A stretch of 64,000 bases of DNA from Parasphingorhabdus sp. GTDB lineage: Bacteria > Pseudomonadota > Gammaproteobacteria > Arenicellales > CAJQKF01. The stretch spans positions 1,771-65,770 of the forward strand of contig JBLHGU010000006.1 of NCBI GenBank assembly GCA_047615875.1, given 5' to 3'. Below the pieces are notes generated by a model. The model was given only the letters and a program-made list of their open reading frames with translations. It did not search any database and was not told the DNA's origin. The translations under genes and the position numbers were made by a program. Shown here in pieces: positions 1-9,450 of this stretch (position 1 is the first letter of the stretch; each line of letters begins with the position of its first letter).

Positions 1-94
1 ACTGCCGGCGCCGCTGAGCTACCCGAGCCAATAAAGAAAATTATGGGTTTGGCATCAAAAATAATGACACGAACAGCCGAAAAGATTTAGTTTA

Positions 95-1000
95 ATGCTG
101 CCAAATAGTGTCCGCATAATTGAAGTTGGCCCACGAGATGGATTGCAGAACGAGCTGGCCGACTTCGACACCAGCACGCGAATCGAGCTTATAAATCGCT
201 TACGTAATAGTGGAATTACCCATATCGAGGCCGGTGCGTTCGTGTCTCCAAAATGGGTGCCAAAAATGGCCGATACCAATTTGGTGCTGCAGGCATTGGA
301 TCTGGATGGACCGATAAATTATGCCGTACTAGTACCGAATATGCGCGGACTGGATTTAGCCATTGAAAGCAACGTTAAAGAAATTGCGGTTTTTAGTGCG
401 GCGACTGAAAGCTTTTCAAACCGAAATATAAATTGTGGAATACAAGCAAGCCTGGATCGTTTCAGGCCTGTTTGTGAGCGCGCTCTGCAACACAATATTC
501 GAGTTCGTGGTTATATCTCATGTGTTCTTGGTTGTCCTTATGAAGGCGAGGTAAAACTTCAAACAGTAGATTATGTTGCCAACGAATTGTTTGGCATGGG
601 TTGCTACGAAGTCTCTTTGGGGGACACGATTGGCACTGGCACTCCATTAGCTGCGGCTCGTCTGATTGAACAACTTGCGCGAAGCCATGCGATAGATAAA
701 TTGGCAGTTCATTTTCACGACACCTATGGCCAGGCCCTGGCAAATATTTACGCCGCCTTGCAACAGGGCATTTCAGCCGTAGATTGCTCGGTGGCAGGGC
801 TCGGTGGATGCCCCTACGCCCCTGGTGCCGCGGGTAATGTTGCGACAGAAGATGTAGTTTATATGCTCAACGGAATGGGAGTTGCTCATAATGTAGATCT
901 GGAAAAGCTGATTGATACAGCCGCATTCATACTAAACAAATTAAATAAGAACCCTGTATCAAGAGTGTCTGCTGCGATGCTGGCGAAAAGAAACCAGTAG
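95..1000 (+). CDS. Hydroxymethylglutaryl-CoA lyase (HMGL-like pyruvate carboxyltransferase fold)
   Basis: 301-aa ORF with an ATG start. The N-terminus has VRIIEVGPRDGLQNE, followed by HFHDTYGQALAN and the GLGGCPYAPGAAGN motifs typical of HMG-CoA lyase. Confidence 0.9.
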   Translation: MLPNSVRIIEVGPRDGLQNELADFDTSTRIELINRLRNSGITHIEAGAFVSPKWVPKMADTNLVLQALDLDGPINYAVLVPNMRGLDLAIESNVKEIAVFSAATESFSNRNINCGIQASLDRFRPVCERALQHNIRVRGYISCVLGCPYEGEVKLQTVDYVANELFGMGCYEVSLGDTIGTGTPLAAARLIEQLARSHAIDKLAVHFHDTYGQALANIYAALQQGISAVDCSVAGLGGCPYAPGAAGNVATEDVVYMLNGMGVAHNVDLEKLIDTAAFILNKLNKNPVSRVSAAMLAKRNQ

Positions 1001-1097
1001 AGCAGAATTGAAGGCTTTTATTGCACCTACTGGAAATCAGTCTTATTCCTCAAAACGTTATAATTTCAGGTGTCGCTAAAGAAACGGATAACAAACG

Positions 1098-2240
1098 ATG
1101 ACAGAAAAACATATCCCTTTTAACAAACCCTTCATGACCGGTCAGGAAATTGACTGCATTACCGATGCACACAACCGTGGACAACTATCGGGAAATGGCT
1201 ACTATACGAAGCAGTGCCATCGGTTGTTGCAGGAAATCACAACATCGAAAAGCGTCTTGCTAACGCACTCTTGCACAGCGGCATTGGAGATGGCTGCTAT
1301 CTTGTCTGAAGTTGGCCCTGGTGACGAAGTTATAATGCCGGCTTTTACCTTTGTGTCGACAGCCAACGCATTTGTACTACGTGGAGCGCTGCCGGTATTT
1401 GTGGATGTTCGGTCCGATACACTTAACCTGGATGAAAACCACATAGAGCAGGCCATTACGGACCGGACCCGTGTCATTGTTGTTGTTCATTATGCCGGCG
1501 TTGCCTGTGAGATGGATCGAATAATGGCGCTTGCCAAAAAACACAACTTGATTGTTATAGAAGATTCAGCACAGGGTATTCTCGCCGAATATAAAGGCCG
1601 ACCACTGGGTTCGATTGGTCATTTGGCCGCATTTAGTTTTCACGAAACCAAGAATGTGACCTGTGGCGAAGGTGGCGCGTTGCTTATCAACGACGACAAG
1701 TTTTCCCAAAGAGCAGAAATAATCTGGGAGAAAGGAACCAACCGTGGACTGTTTTCGCGAGGCGCAGTCGATCGCTATACCTGGCTAGATATCGGCTCCT
1801 CTTTTCTTCCAGGTGAGCTCAATGCGGCCTTTTTATTTGCTCAGTTAGAATGTGCCAAACAGATTACGCAGACCAGAATTAAAATCTGGAATCTTTACCA
1901 CACTGCACTGGAGCGTCTGGAAGAAAAGCAGTTGTTAATCAGACCAAGCATTCCCAGTAACATAAAACACAACGCGCATCTTTATTATATTCTTTTGCCT
2001 AATAAGCAGATTCGCGATGATCTAATACAGTTTCTTGCCAACAAAGATATCCATACGGTTTTTCATTATCTTCCGCTCGACCTGTCAGATGCCGGCAAAC
2101 AACATTGTAGAACAAGTGGCAGTATCGCCATTACTCATCGAGTCAGCGACTGCCTGCTTCGACTACCGCTCTGGATCGGTGTGGAAGAACATCAGAATTA
2201 TATTGTAGACCACATTACGAGCTATTTGCTCCATCGCTAA
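1098..2240 (+). CDS. wecE: DegT/DnrJ/EryC1-family PLP aminotransferase, WecE-like (dTDP-4-keto-6-deoxyhexose 4-aminotransferase)
   Basis: 380 aa. Long collinear motif matches to E. coli WecE as I recall it: HSCTAALEMAA, VIMPAFTFVSTANAFVLRGA, HYAGVACEMD, FSFHETKN, EKGTNR, YTWLDIGSS. Confidence 0.8.
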   Translation: MTEKHIPFNKPFMTGQEIDCITDAHNRGQLSGNGYYTKQCHRLLQEITTSKSVLLTHSCTAALEMAAILSEVGPGDEVIMPAFTFVSTANAFVLRGALPVFVDVRSDTLNLDENHIEQAITDRTRVIVVVHYAGVACEMDRIMALAKKHNLIVIEDSAQGILAEYKGRPLGSIGHLAAFSFHETKNVTCGEGGALLINDDKFSQRAEIIWEKGTNRGLFSRGAVDRYTWLDIGSSFLPGELNAAFLFAQLECAKQITQTRIKIWNLYHTALERLEEKQLLIRPSIPSNIKHNAHLYYILLPNKQIRDDLIQFLANKDIHTVFHYLPLDLSDAGKQHCRTSGSIAITHRVSDCLLRLPLWIGVEEHQNYIVDHITSYLLHR

Positions 2241-2328
2241 AACTAGTTTTCTATCACGTGATTATCAATCAGTGTTGATTCAGTAATGAGAAAAATGTTC
2301 TGATAGCTGCCATACCAGCATTTGACAA

Positions 2329-3561
2329 CTATAACCAATCCAACTCATACGGATAGTCTGACAATCTCTCTAAACCGTTTTCAGTAATTAGAACCTGCTC
2401 CTCTAACTTAACGCCTTCACCGCCATTCTCCGAGCCGATATAGGACTCAACGCAGACCGTCATTCCCGGTTGCAACTCGCCGTCATAACCCCTGCGATCA
2501 AAATCTTGAGCGTGTTTGAAACTCGGGTATTCATCAGCCAATCCAACACCATGAATCAGAGATCCATAACGATTAGCCAGGAATTCAGCTGGAATCTCCC
2601 AGGCACTAAAAGACACATCCCGAAAACTACGCCCAGGTTTTAAAATATTAATGTTGTATTCAATTTGCTCCATGGCCAGACAATACAAACGTCTTTGTTC
2701 ATCTGTGGGTTTGCCTTCACCACAAAGCCAGGTGCGTGATATATCTGCACAATATCCATAGGGACCAATCAGGTCTGTATCAAAGCTAACAAACTCACCC
2801 TCTTCCATTTGACGCATAGAACATTCTCGAAACCAGGGATTTGTTCGCGGCCCGGAACTCAGTAGTCGGGTTTCAATCCACTCCCCACCCTGGGCAATAT
2901 TGACCTCATGCAATTTTGCCCACATTTCGTTTTCTCGAACCCCTGGAGCCATGGCCTGTCGCATGGCGGCCATTCCATCCTGGCAGGTGCTAATTGCCCT
3001 CCGCATCAAATTCAATTCACCTTCTGACTTTATGACCCTGGCCAACTCAAGCACCTCTAGACCATCATGTAGGCTAATACCACGCTTTTCCAACTCTGAA
3101 GTTCCTTCATAGGATAACCTATCCACTGCAAGTCTTCGATTTCCCCCACCGTAGGTCGTTACTAGATCGTTTATCTCGTCGCCAAATTGAGCGGCAAACT
3201 CCGCCGACCGGGGACCAACCGTAAAGTAATAAAACGATGGCATAGAACGATATTCATCCACCGTTGGCAGGTCCTCAACCAAGTGTGGGTAGTTACCATA
3301 ATCAAACAAAACTACCGGTCCCTCTGTTGGCACAAACACACAGCGAGTTTCATAATGCGAACACCATATCTGCATATTTGTCGAATCAGTTACATAGCGT
3401 GTATTCACCTGATCGAACAACAAAGCGCCAGCGTAGTCCAGACGGCGTAACTGTTCTCTAACCCTGCCCAGACGATAACGTCGAACCTCATCAAGATCAT
3501 CGGGAGCTACGGTAAACTCCATTGCACCGTGTTGTCTGGCCTGCACATTGTTGTCACTCAT
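2329..3561 (-). CDS. M24 (creatinase/prolidase fold) metalloenzyme, DddP-like candidate DMSP lyase
   Basis: 410 aa with the pita-bread fold metal-ligand pattern SFDTDL..YCADISRT...HGVGL...CVE..KLEEQV. Blocks such as YVTDSTNMQIW and GGEWIETRLLSSGPRTNPWF resemble characterised DddP as I remember it. The M24 assignment is firm; the DddP subfamily is tentative. Confidence 0.6.
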   Translation of the reverse strand: MSDNNVQARQHGAMEFTVAPDDLDEVRRYRLGRVREQLRRLDYAGALLFDQVNTRYVTDSTNMQIWCSHYETRCVFVPTEGPVVLFDYGNYPHLVEDLPTVDEYRSMPSFYYFTVGPRSAEFAAQFGDEINDLVTTYGGGNRRLAVDRLSYEGTSELEKRGISLHDGLEVLELARVIKSEGELNLMRRAISTCQDGMAAMRQAMAPGVRENEMWAKLHEVNIAQGGEWIETRLLSSGPRTNPWFRECSMRQMEEGEFVSFDTDLIGPYGYCADISRTWLCGEGKPTDEQRRLYCLAMEQIEYNINILKPGRSFRDVSFSAWEIPAEFLANRYGSLIHGVGLADEYPSFKHAQDFDRRGYDGELQPGMTVCVESYIGSENGGEGVKLEEQVLITENGLERLSDYPYELDWL

Positions 3562-3714
3562 ACTCTGTCACCCTTGGTCAAGAGATAGTTGAAAGCTTCT
3601 GGAAAAATTAACTTGCTTTATTCAAGCTCTAATAATCAATAAGAAGGATAAGACAACTGCGCTGGTAAAAGTGTAGATTTTCCGCCAATTACTGTCGTTC
3701 AGATTAACTAAACT

Positions 3715-4125
3715 CTAGTCGTGCTCCCGCCCTCGCATCCCGGCAAATACTAGATCAGTAAAACTCACAAAACCCACCACCTCTCCTGCCTCTATTACAG
3801 GTACACGGGTTAATTGAAATCGGTCGAGCAACCTCGCGCAGTAACGTATATCCATTTCTGGATCCACCGAGATAACCGGTTTAACCATAACCTCATAGAC
3901 ATTGACCCGCTCTGGGGCACGGTCTTTGGCCAACACCTTGCGAGCGATGTCGGATATAAGCAACATACCAAACTCATCGTCTGCATGGCGTTTGCGAACA
4001 ATCATAGCCTGATTCGACGAGTGCGCCATACTATCCAGTGCCTGTCGAATCGTCGCCATGCCTTCAACTATATCCACATCAGGTTGCATAACCGAGCGGA
4101 CCCTGATCACGTTTTCTTGACTCAT
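3715..4125 (-). CDS. CBS-pair domain protein
   Basis: 136 aa with two CBS-like repeats (VMQPDVDIVEGMATIRQAL.. and VMVKPVISVDPEMDIRYCARLL..TRVPVIE). Its start overlaps the upstream ORF stop as ATGA. Confidence 0.8.
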   Translation of the reverse strand: MSQENVIRVRSVMQPDVDIVEGMATIRQALDSMAHSSNQAMIVRKRHADDEFGMLLISDIARKVLAKDRAPERVNVYEVMVKPVISVDPEMDIRYCARLLDRFQLTRVPVIEAGEVVGFVSFTDLVFAGMRGREHD

Positions 4126-4406
4126 ATCTCCTCCTCAACTATAGCGGCAAGCTTTGCGATCTGGTGTTCTACACCAACAGCATCTTCAACGTCTATTTTA
4201 AAGGCGATTCCACCCCCCGTCTGCTCGAACTGGCCAACCTCTGAAAGCGTTTCAAGAATATGTCGACACAAATGTTCCTCTACAAGAATGTCAGCCAGAT
4301 TCGGGAATGGTTGTCGGACTATAACAAGTTGAAAAGTAGTCACTACCAAAACAATGGGCGCCAGATCGCGCGCACTGGAAAAAAGGACACGTAAGAGTTC
4401 CTTCAT
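4122..4406 (-). CDS. Short ORF, possibly an in-frame fusion remnant (DUF1538-like N-terminus joined to a P-II-like C-terminus)
   Basis: 94 aa. The first ~40 aa look like the start of a DUF1538 membrane protein (APIVLVVTTFQLVIV). The last ~35 aa (TGGGIAFKIDVEDAVGV) look like the C-terminal GDGKIFV..V..RIRT region of P-II-like proteins. It is ATGA-coupled to the CBS gene. Confidence 0.35.
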   Translation of the reverse strand: MKELLRVLFSSARDLAPIVLVVTTFQLVIVRQPFPNLADILVEEHLCRHILETLSEVGQFEQTGGGIAFKIDVEDAVGVEHQIAKLAAIVEEEI

Positions 4407-4449
4407 AAAACATATAGTGATGGCTAGTCAAAACTCGAACCAATAGTTC

Positions 4450-5415
4450 TTATCTTTGAATACGAGACCTGCTACTGCAGACCAGATCAAAAACCCACAT
4501 TAGTAATACTCCCAGAACTTCTTGGCCAATAATCATTAGTCTACTTAATACTGCGATCATTCCCAAGACACTTACATCTGGAGCCTCTGAGAACTGACTA
4601 GCAAGAACAATGAACAGGAATTCTCTGATGCCTATACCGCCAGGAAAGACCAATGTTGCCACTCCCACCACCCAGGCAATAGAGAGACATGCACAATAGA
4701 GAACGAATTCCTGCCACTCAAGTATCAAAAAGGAACTGAGGAAGAACCAATAGGAAATCAGATAAAGAGTTAGAAATGATACGTAAAACCAAATGGCGAA
4801 AAGTGGTTGTCCTGCCCCGATACAATCTGGCAATAATCTGCTTACCTTAGGGAAATATATAGTAATTTTTTCTAATATTTTTCTTAATAAACACTTTGAA
4901 TGAATCTGATATAGAAACACAATGCTCAGAACAAATATCAAGATACTAAATATTAGCAATTTGTTACTAAAAATCAGGATGCCAGCAACACTACTAGTCG
5001 TAAGTAGCAATACAATCATCATTTCTACATTTACCAGCGTAACTACTGTCATGGAACCTTTTATACCCAGCGCCATACTTTGATAAATGATCAACCAAAC
5101 TTTTCCAGGAATATATTTGGCAATCTGCCCATAGAAATACAGGCGTGCAGCTTCGGAAAATTTTAAACGAACGGAATAACGTATAAAAAGCAGGCGATTT
5201 AATGCAACTACAACAAACGAGCCCAGAACTCCAGTCACGATTGCGGCACCAAATAACACCAGATCCAGCGACTTAATTTGTTGTTTTAACTCTTGTTGCG
5301 AACCGTAAACAACATAGAGTAAAAAACCGACACCGAGTGCTAATAGAACACCACGTAGCCAACGCTTCGCTTGCACTTGCCCCCGTAACTCTTGTGTTGA
5401 GCTATTATCGGGCAT
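4450..5415 (-). CDS. Polytopic membrane protein, UPF0104 / lysyl-PG-synthase-TM (flippase-like) family
   Basis: 321 aa with about 8 hydrophobic spans and the family-typical motifs KYIPGKVW and FPGGIGIREF. The central part is locally very AT-rich. Confidence 0.6.
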   Translation of the reverse strand: MPDNSSTQELRGQVQAKRWLRGVLLALGVGFLLYVVYGSQQELKQQIKSLDLVLFGAAIVTGVLGSFVVVALNRLLFIRYSVRLKFSEAARLYFYGQIAKYIPGKVWLIIYQSMALGIKGSMTVVTLVNVEMMIVLLLTTSSVAGILIFSNKLLIFSILIFVLSIVFLYQIHSKCLLRKILEKITIYFPKVSRLLPDCIGAGQPLFAIWFYVSFLTLYLISYWFFLSSFLILEWQEFVLYCACLSIAWVVGVATLVFPGGIGIREFLFIVLASQFSEAPDVSVLGMIAVLSRLMIIGQEVLGVLLMWVFDLVCSSRSRIQR

Positions 5416-5434
5416 AGTTAGAAGTTTTCAGCGG

Positions 5435-6814
5435 TTATGTTCGACTCCATTTAGTTCCCTGAACTGTGTCTTCAAGAGCAACACCCTGACTTAGCAGTTC
5501 ATTCCTGATCGCATCTGCTTGCTTAAAATTTCGATTATTCCGAGCATCCGCACGAGCGCTAATTAATTCCTGGATTTTGTCTTCGTCTGGTCCTTCGGAA
5601 GAGTTTGACAGGGATTTAAACCAGGACTCAGGCTCATTTTCCAAAAAACCTAGAATCCTGCCTCCACCGAGCAACTGTGATTTGTAACGTCGTTTCTCAT
5701 CATTATTATTAGCCGAATTTAAACTGGTTGCAATAGCATGCAATTCGGATAATGCAAGTGGTGTGTTCAGGTCGTCTTCCAGTGCCGAAATCACTGATTC
5801 CGGAATAACATCATCATCTATAGAAATATCTGACGCCAACTCCAGTGCTTTATACCATCTATCCAGTGAGGACCTGGCCTGGGTTATCGTATCCGATGAC
5901 CAGTCCAATGGTTTTCTATAATGACCACTCAGTAAGGCATACCGAATAGCCTCGCCTGGAGCAAGGTCGAGTAAATCACGTAGGGTATAAAAATTGCCAA
6001 CGGACTTTGACATTTTTTCTCCACTCATGGTGATATAACCATTGTGCAACCAGTAGTTCACATAACTTTCACCGGAATGCGCACAAACACTTTGGGCAAT
6101 CTCATTCTCATGATGAGGAAAAATTAGATCCAGTCCGCCACCGTGAATATCGATCTGATTGCCAAGATGGGCCTCAATCATCGCAGAGCATTCCAGATGC
6201 CAGCCAGGTCGACCGTTACCCCAGGGACTATCCCAGCCTGGTTGGGTCGTATCAGATGGTTTCCACAACACAAAATCTGCTGGATCTCTTTTGTAAGGTG
6301 CGACTTCTACTCTGGCGCCGGCAATCAGGTCTTCGCGATTTCTGCCAGACAACCGACCATAATCCGCCATAGACGGCACACTAAATAGCACATGACCTTC
6401 AGCCTTGTAAGCATGTTCATCGCTAATCAGCTTTTCTATCATGGTTACCATTTGACTAATGTGATCTGTTGCACGAGGCTCAATATCCGGTTGCAAGGTA
6501 TTCAGGCTAGCAATATCTGCGTGGAAAGCCTCAGTAAACCTTTCTGCAACATCAGAAATGCTTTCGCTGTTATCGATAGCTGCTTTATTTATTTTATCGT
6601 CGACGTCGGTAATGTTTCGCGCATAAACCACCGTTGGATAGATGTGCTTTAACAATCGATATAGCACATCGAAAACCACAACCGGACGGGCATTGCCAAT
6701 ATGGATAAAGTTATAAACAGTTGGTCCACAGACGTACATCGTAATCCGATCGGGATTGATAGGTACAAATGCCAGTTTTTCTCTTTTGAGCGTATTGTGA
6801 AGGTGTAAAGCCAT
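5435..6814 (-). CDS. cysS: Cysteine--tRNA ligase
   Basis: 459 aa with class I signatures HIGNARP and KMSKSVGN, and the CysRS-typical WHLECS zinc site. Confidence 0.95.
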   Translation of the reverse strand: MALHLHNTLKREKLAFVPINPDRITMYVCGPTVYNFIHIGNARPVVVFDVLYRLLKHIYPTVVYARNITDVDDKINKAAIDNSESISDVAERFTEAFHADIASLNTLQPDIEPRATDHISQMVTMIEKLISDEHAYKAEGHVLFSVPSMADYGRLSGRNREDLIAGARVEVAPYKRDPADFVLWKPSDTTQPGWDSPWGNGRPGWHLECSAMIEAHLGNQIDIHGGGLDLIFPHHENEIAQSVCAHSGESYVNYWLHNGYITMSGEKMSKSVGNFYTLRDLLDLAPGEAIRYALLSGHYRKPLDWSSDTITQARSSLDRWYKALELASDISIDDDVIPESVISALEDDLNTPLALSELHAIATSLNSANNNDEKRRYKSQLLGGGRILGFLENEPESWFKSLSNSSEGPDEDKIQELISARADARNNRNFKQADAIRNELLSQGVALEDTVQGTKWSRT

Positions 6815-6823
6815 AGAATTAAG

Positions 6824-7273
6824 TTATTTTTTTGAATACAAACTAGATGGGTCAATCAGGGGGTTACTAATCACCTCAACCCTGTCTGGTGATAGACGAT
6901 TATAAAAGCAACTTTTACGACCTGTATGACAGGCTGGTCCAGTCTGGTCAACCAGCAGCAATAAAGTATCTCCGTCACAGTCGAGACGCAGGTCCTTCAG
7001 ATGTTGAACCTGGCCAGACTCTTCGCCTTTGCGCCAGTACTGCTGTCGCGAACGTGACCAGTAACAAACACGGCGAGTCGACATGGATTCCTCCAAAGAA
7101 ACAAGGTTCATCCAGGCCATCATTAAGACCTCACCGGTATCGTATTGCTGCGCCACGGCCGGGATCAGACCGTCGATATTAAATTTTAACGAGCTTTTGA
7201 AATCACGCCACGCGGTAGTATCGCCAGCTTTAGCGGCCTGATTGGATTGAACAAGATCTGTCAAGGAGTGCAT
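6824..7273 (-). CDS. hisI: Phosphoribosyl-AMP cyclohydrolase (monofunctional HisI)
   Basis: 149 aa with [38 protein letters not shown] and [17 protein letters not shown]. Confidence 0.9.
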   Translation of the reverse strand: MHSLTDLVQSNQAAKAGDTTAWRDFKSSLKFNIDGLIPAVAQQYDTGEVLMMAWMNLVSLEESMSTRRVCYWSRSRQQYWRKGEESGQVQHLKDLRLDCDGDTLLLLVDQTGPACHTGRKSCFYNRLSPDRVEVISNPLIDPSSLYSKK

Positions 7274-7306
7274 ACCAACATTGAAAGCACAGTAGTATAA
7301 CCGCTG

Positions 7307-8494
7307 CTAATACTTTTTCCCTTTTAAAACCTTTATTGCAGAATCCATTCCATCCAGAGTCAACGGAAACATGCGCTCTTCCATAATCTCCTTAATCATG
7401 ACAATTGACTGTGTGTAATCCCAATTTGCCTGGGCTACCGGATTTAACCACACGACATTTCTAAAATGATTCAATAATCGCGTGGCCCACACTTCGCCCG
7501 ACTCCTCATTCCAGTATTCTACAGAACCACCGGGGACCTTTACTTCGTAAGGACTCATGCTGGCGTCTCCTACTATCACAACTTTATAATCTGGTGAGTA
7601 AGTTCGCATAATTTCGTACAGTGAGCGATGCTCATCATGGCGTCGCAGATTGTTCCGCCAGACATTGTCATAGAAAAAGTTGTGGAAGTAAAAATACTCG
7701 AGATGCTTAAACTCGGTTTTGGCTGCTGAGAAAAGACGTTCGCAAATTTTCACATAGGGGTACATTGAGCCGCCAACATCAAAAAATATCAGCACCTTGA
7801 TGGCGTTGCGACGTTCGGGGACCATCTTAATATCCAGGAAACCCGCGTTTCTGGCTGTATTCGTAATCGTGCCATTCAGATCCAGCTCTTCCTCAACTCC
7901 CTCCCTTGCAAAACGACGCAGTTTTCTTAAGGCAACCTGGATATTCCTGATGCCAATTTGAATTTCATCATCCAGATCTTTGAAGGTGCGTTTGTCCCAC
8001 ACCTTAACTGCACGGTTATTTCTGTTCTCCTGCTGCCCAATTCTCACCCCTTCCGGATTGTAGCCATAGGCACCAAAAGGCGATCGACCAGCGGTTCCTA
8101 TCCACTTTGAACCACCCTGATGCCGCTTCTGCTGTTCATCAAGGCGCTCCTTTAGCAATTCCATCAACTTATCCAGACCGCCGACTGATTCTATTTGCTG
8201 CTTTTCTTCTTCAGTTAATAATAATTCAGCCTGTTTCTGTAGCCAGTCATCAGGAATCTCGCCAAATACTTCATCGAACAGTTCAGTTTTACCTTTAAAA
8301 TAGGCACCAAACACCTTATCAAACCGATCAATATGTCTTTCGTCTTTGACCAGAATCGTGCGAGAAAGAAAATAAAAATTGTCCACATCGTAGTTGGAAA
8401 CGCCCTTCGACAGACCTTCCATTAACGCCAGATATTCCGTAATAGATACCGGAATTCTGGCTTTTCTTAAATGCTGAAAAAAATCAACGAGCAT
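7307..8494 (-). CDS. VWA domain protein, CoxE-like partner of the MoxR ATPase
   Basis: 395 aa with a C-terminal VWA/MIDAS-like block (VLIFFDVGGSM...VVIVGDASM). It overlaps the upstream AAA gene by 11 nt. Confidence 0.75.
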   Translation of the reverse strand: MLVDFFQHLRKARIPVSITEYLALMEGLSKGVSNYDVDNFYFLSRTILVKDERHIDRFDKVFGAYFKGKTELFDEVFGEIPDDWLQKQAELLLTEEEKQQIESVGGLDKLMELLKERLDEQQKRHQGGSKWIGTAGRSPFGAYGYNPEGVRIGQQENRNNRAVKVWDKRTFKDLDDEIQIGIRNIQVALRKLRRFAREGVEEELDLNGTITNTARNAGFLDIKMVPERRNAIKVLIFFDVGGSMYPYVKICERLFSAAKTEFKHLEYFYFHNFFYDNVWRNNLRRHDEHRSLYEIMRTYSPDYKVVIVGDASMSPYEVKVPGGSVEYWNEESGEVWATRLLNHFRNVVWLNPVAQANWDYTQSIVMIKEIMEERMFPLTLDGMDSAIKVLKGKKY

Positions 8495-9347
8495 TACGAC
8501 GATTCAGGAAAACTAGACGTTCAAATAAATGCACGTCCTGCTCATTCTTAAGCAAGGCACCATATAATGGCGGAATAGCGGACTTGGGATCATTGCTTTT
8601 TAGTACATCAGCCGGAATATCTTCTGCCACCAACAACTTAATCCAGTCGAGCAATTCAGAGGTTGAGGGTTTCTTTTTAAGTCCCGACACCTCTCGAACC
8701 TCAAAAAATACTTCCAATGCCGCTTTCAGCAGCTGCTTTTTAAGATCGGGAAAGTGAACATCGACTATTCGTCGCATTGTTGTGGCGTCAGGAAACTGGA
8801 TATAATGAAAAAAGCAGCGTCGCAAAAATGCGTCTGGGAGCTCTTTTTCGTTATTGCTAGTTATAACAATGATAGGTGGATACTTGGCTTTCACTATCTT
8901 CTTAGTTTCGTAAACAAAAAACTCCATACGATCCAGCTCATGCAGCAAATCATTGGGAAATTCAATATCTGCTTTATCAATTTCATCAATCAGCAGTACA
9001 GGCTGTTCCTCACTGGAAAATGCCTCCCATAGTTTTCCGGGCACAATGTAATTAGCTATATCGTGTACGCGGCCATCGCCTAGTTGGGAATCCCGAAGTC
9101 TGGCTACCGCATCATATTCATAGAGCCCCTGCTGTGCCTTGGTGGTAGATTTAATGTGCCAGGGAATTAGCGGCTTACCCAATGCGGCTGCTACTTCCTC
9201 GGCTAATTGAGTTTTGCCGGTGCCAGGTTCACCCTTGACCAATAGCGGTCTGCCTAGAATGACTGAGGCATTTACTGCCATCATCAGGTCTTCGGTAGCA
9301 ACATAGGAATTACTTCCTTTAAAACGATCGTTGGTAGATTCAGTCAT
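8484..9347 (-). CDS. MoxR/CoxD-like AAA+ ATPase
   Basis: 287 aa with Walker A GEPGTGKT and Walker B VLLIDEIDK. The size and layout fit the MoxR family. Confidence 0.85.
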   Translation of the reverse strand: MTESTNDRFKGSNSYVATEDLMMAVNASVILGRPLLVKGEPGTGKTQLAEEVAAALGKPLIPWHIKSTTKAQQGLYEYDAVARLRDSQLGDGRVHDIANYIVPGKLWEAFSSEEQPVLLIDEIDKADIEFPNDLLHELDRMEFFVYETKKIVKAKYPPIIVITSNNEKELPDAFLRRCFFHYIQFPDATTMRRIVDVHFPDLKKQLLKAALEVFFEVREVSGLKKKPSTSELLDWIKLLVAEDIPADVLKSNDPKSAIPPLYGALLKNEQDVHLFERLVFLNRRNAR

Positions 9348-9450
9348 ACAGTTACATCAATTAAAAAATGCCAAAGGTGAAGCGGAAGATTGCGCAGAGT
9401 CGAGGTATAATCCCCGACCTTGATTTTAACCCACTTGCCGCTAAATCCCC

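Noticed and set aside
1-94. Possible 3' end of an upstream plus-strand gene. Frame 1 is open to the TAG at 88-90 and frame 2 to the TAA at 32-34.
   Set aside because: Fewer than 30 codons are visible and none carries a recognisable motif. A liu-cluster carboxylase end would be expected here but cannot be shown. It was therefore not reported as a feature.
3814-4332. 172-aa plus-strand ORF antisense to the CBS gene and the short upstream ORF.
   Set aside because: It is fully antisense to a motif-bearing CBS gene, has low-complexity composition and no motifs. It is a typical shadow ORF.
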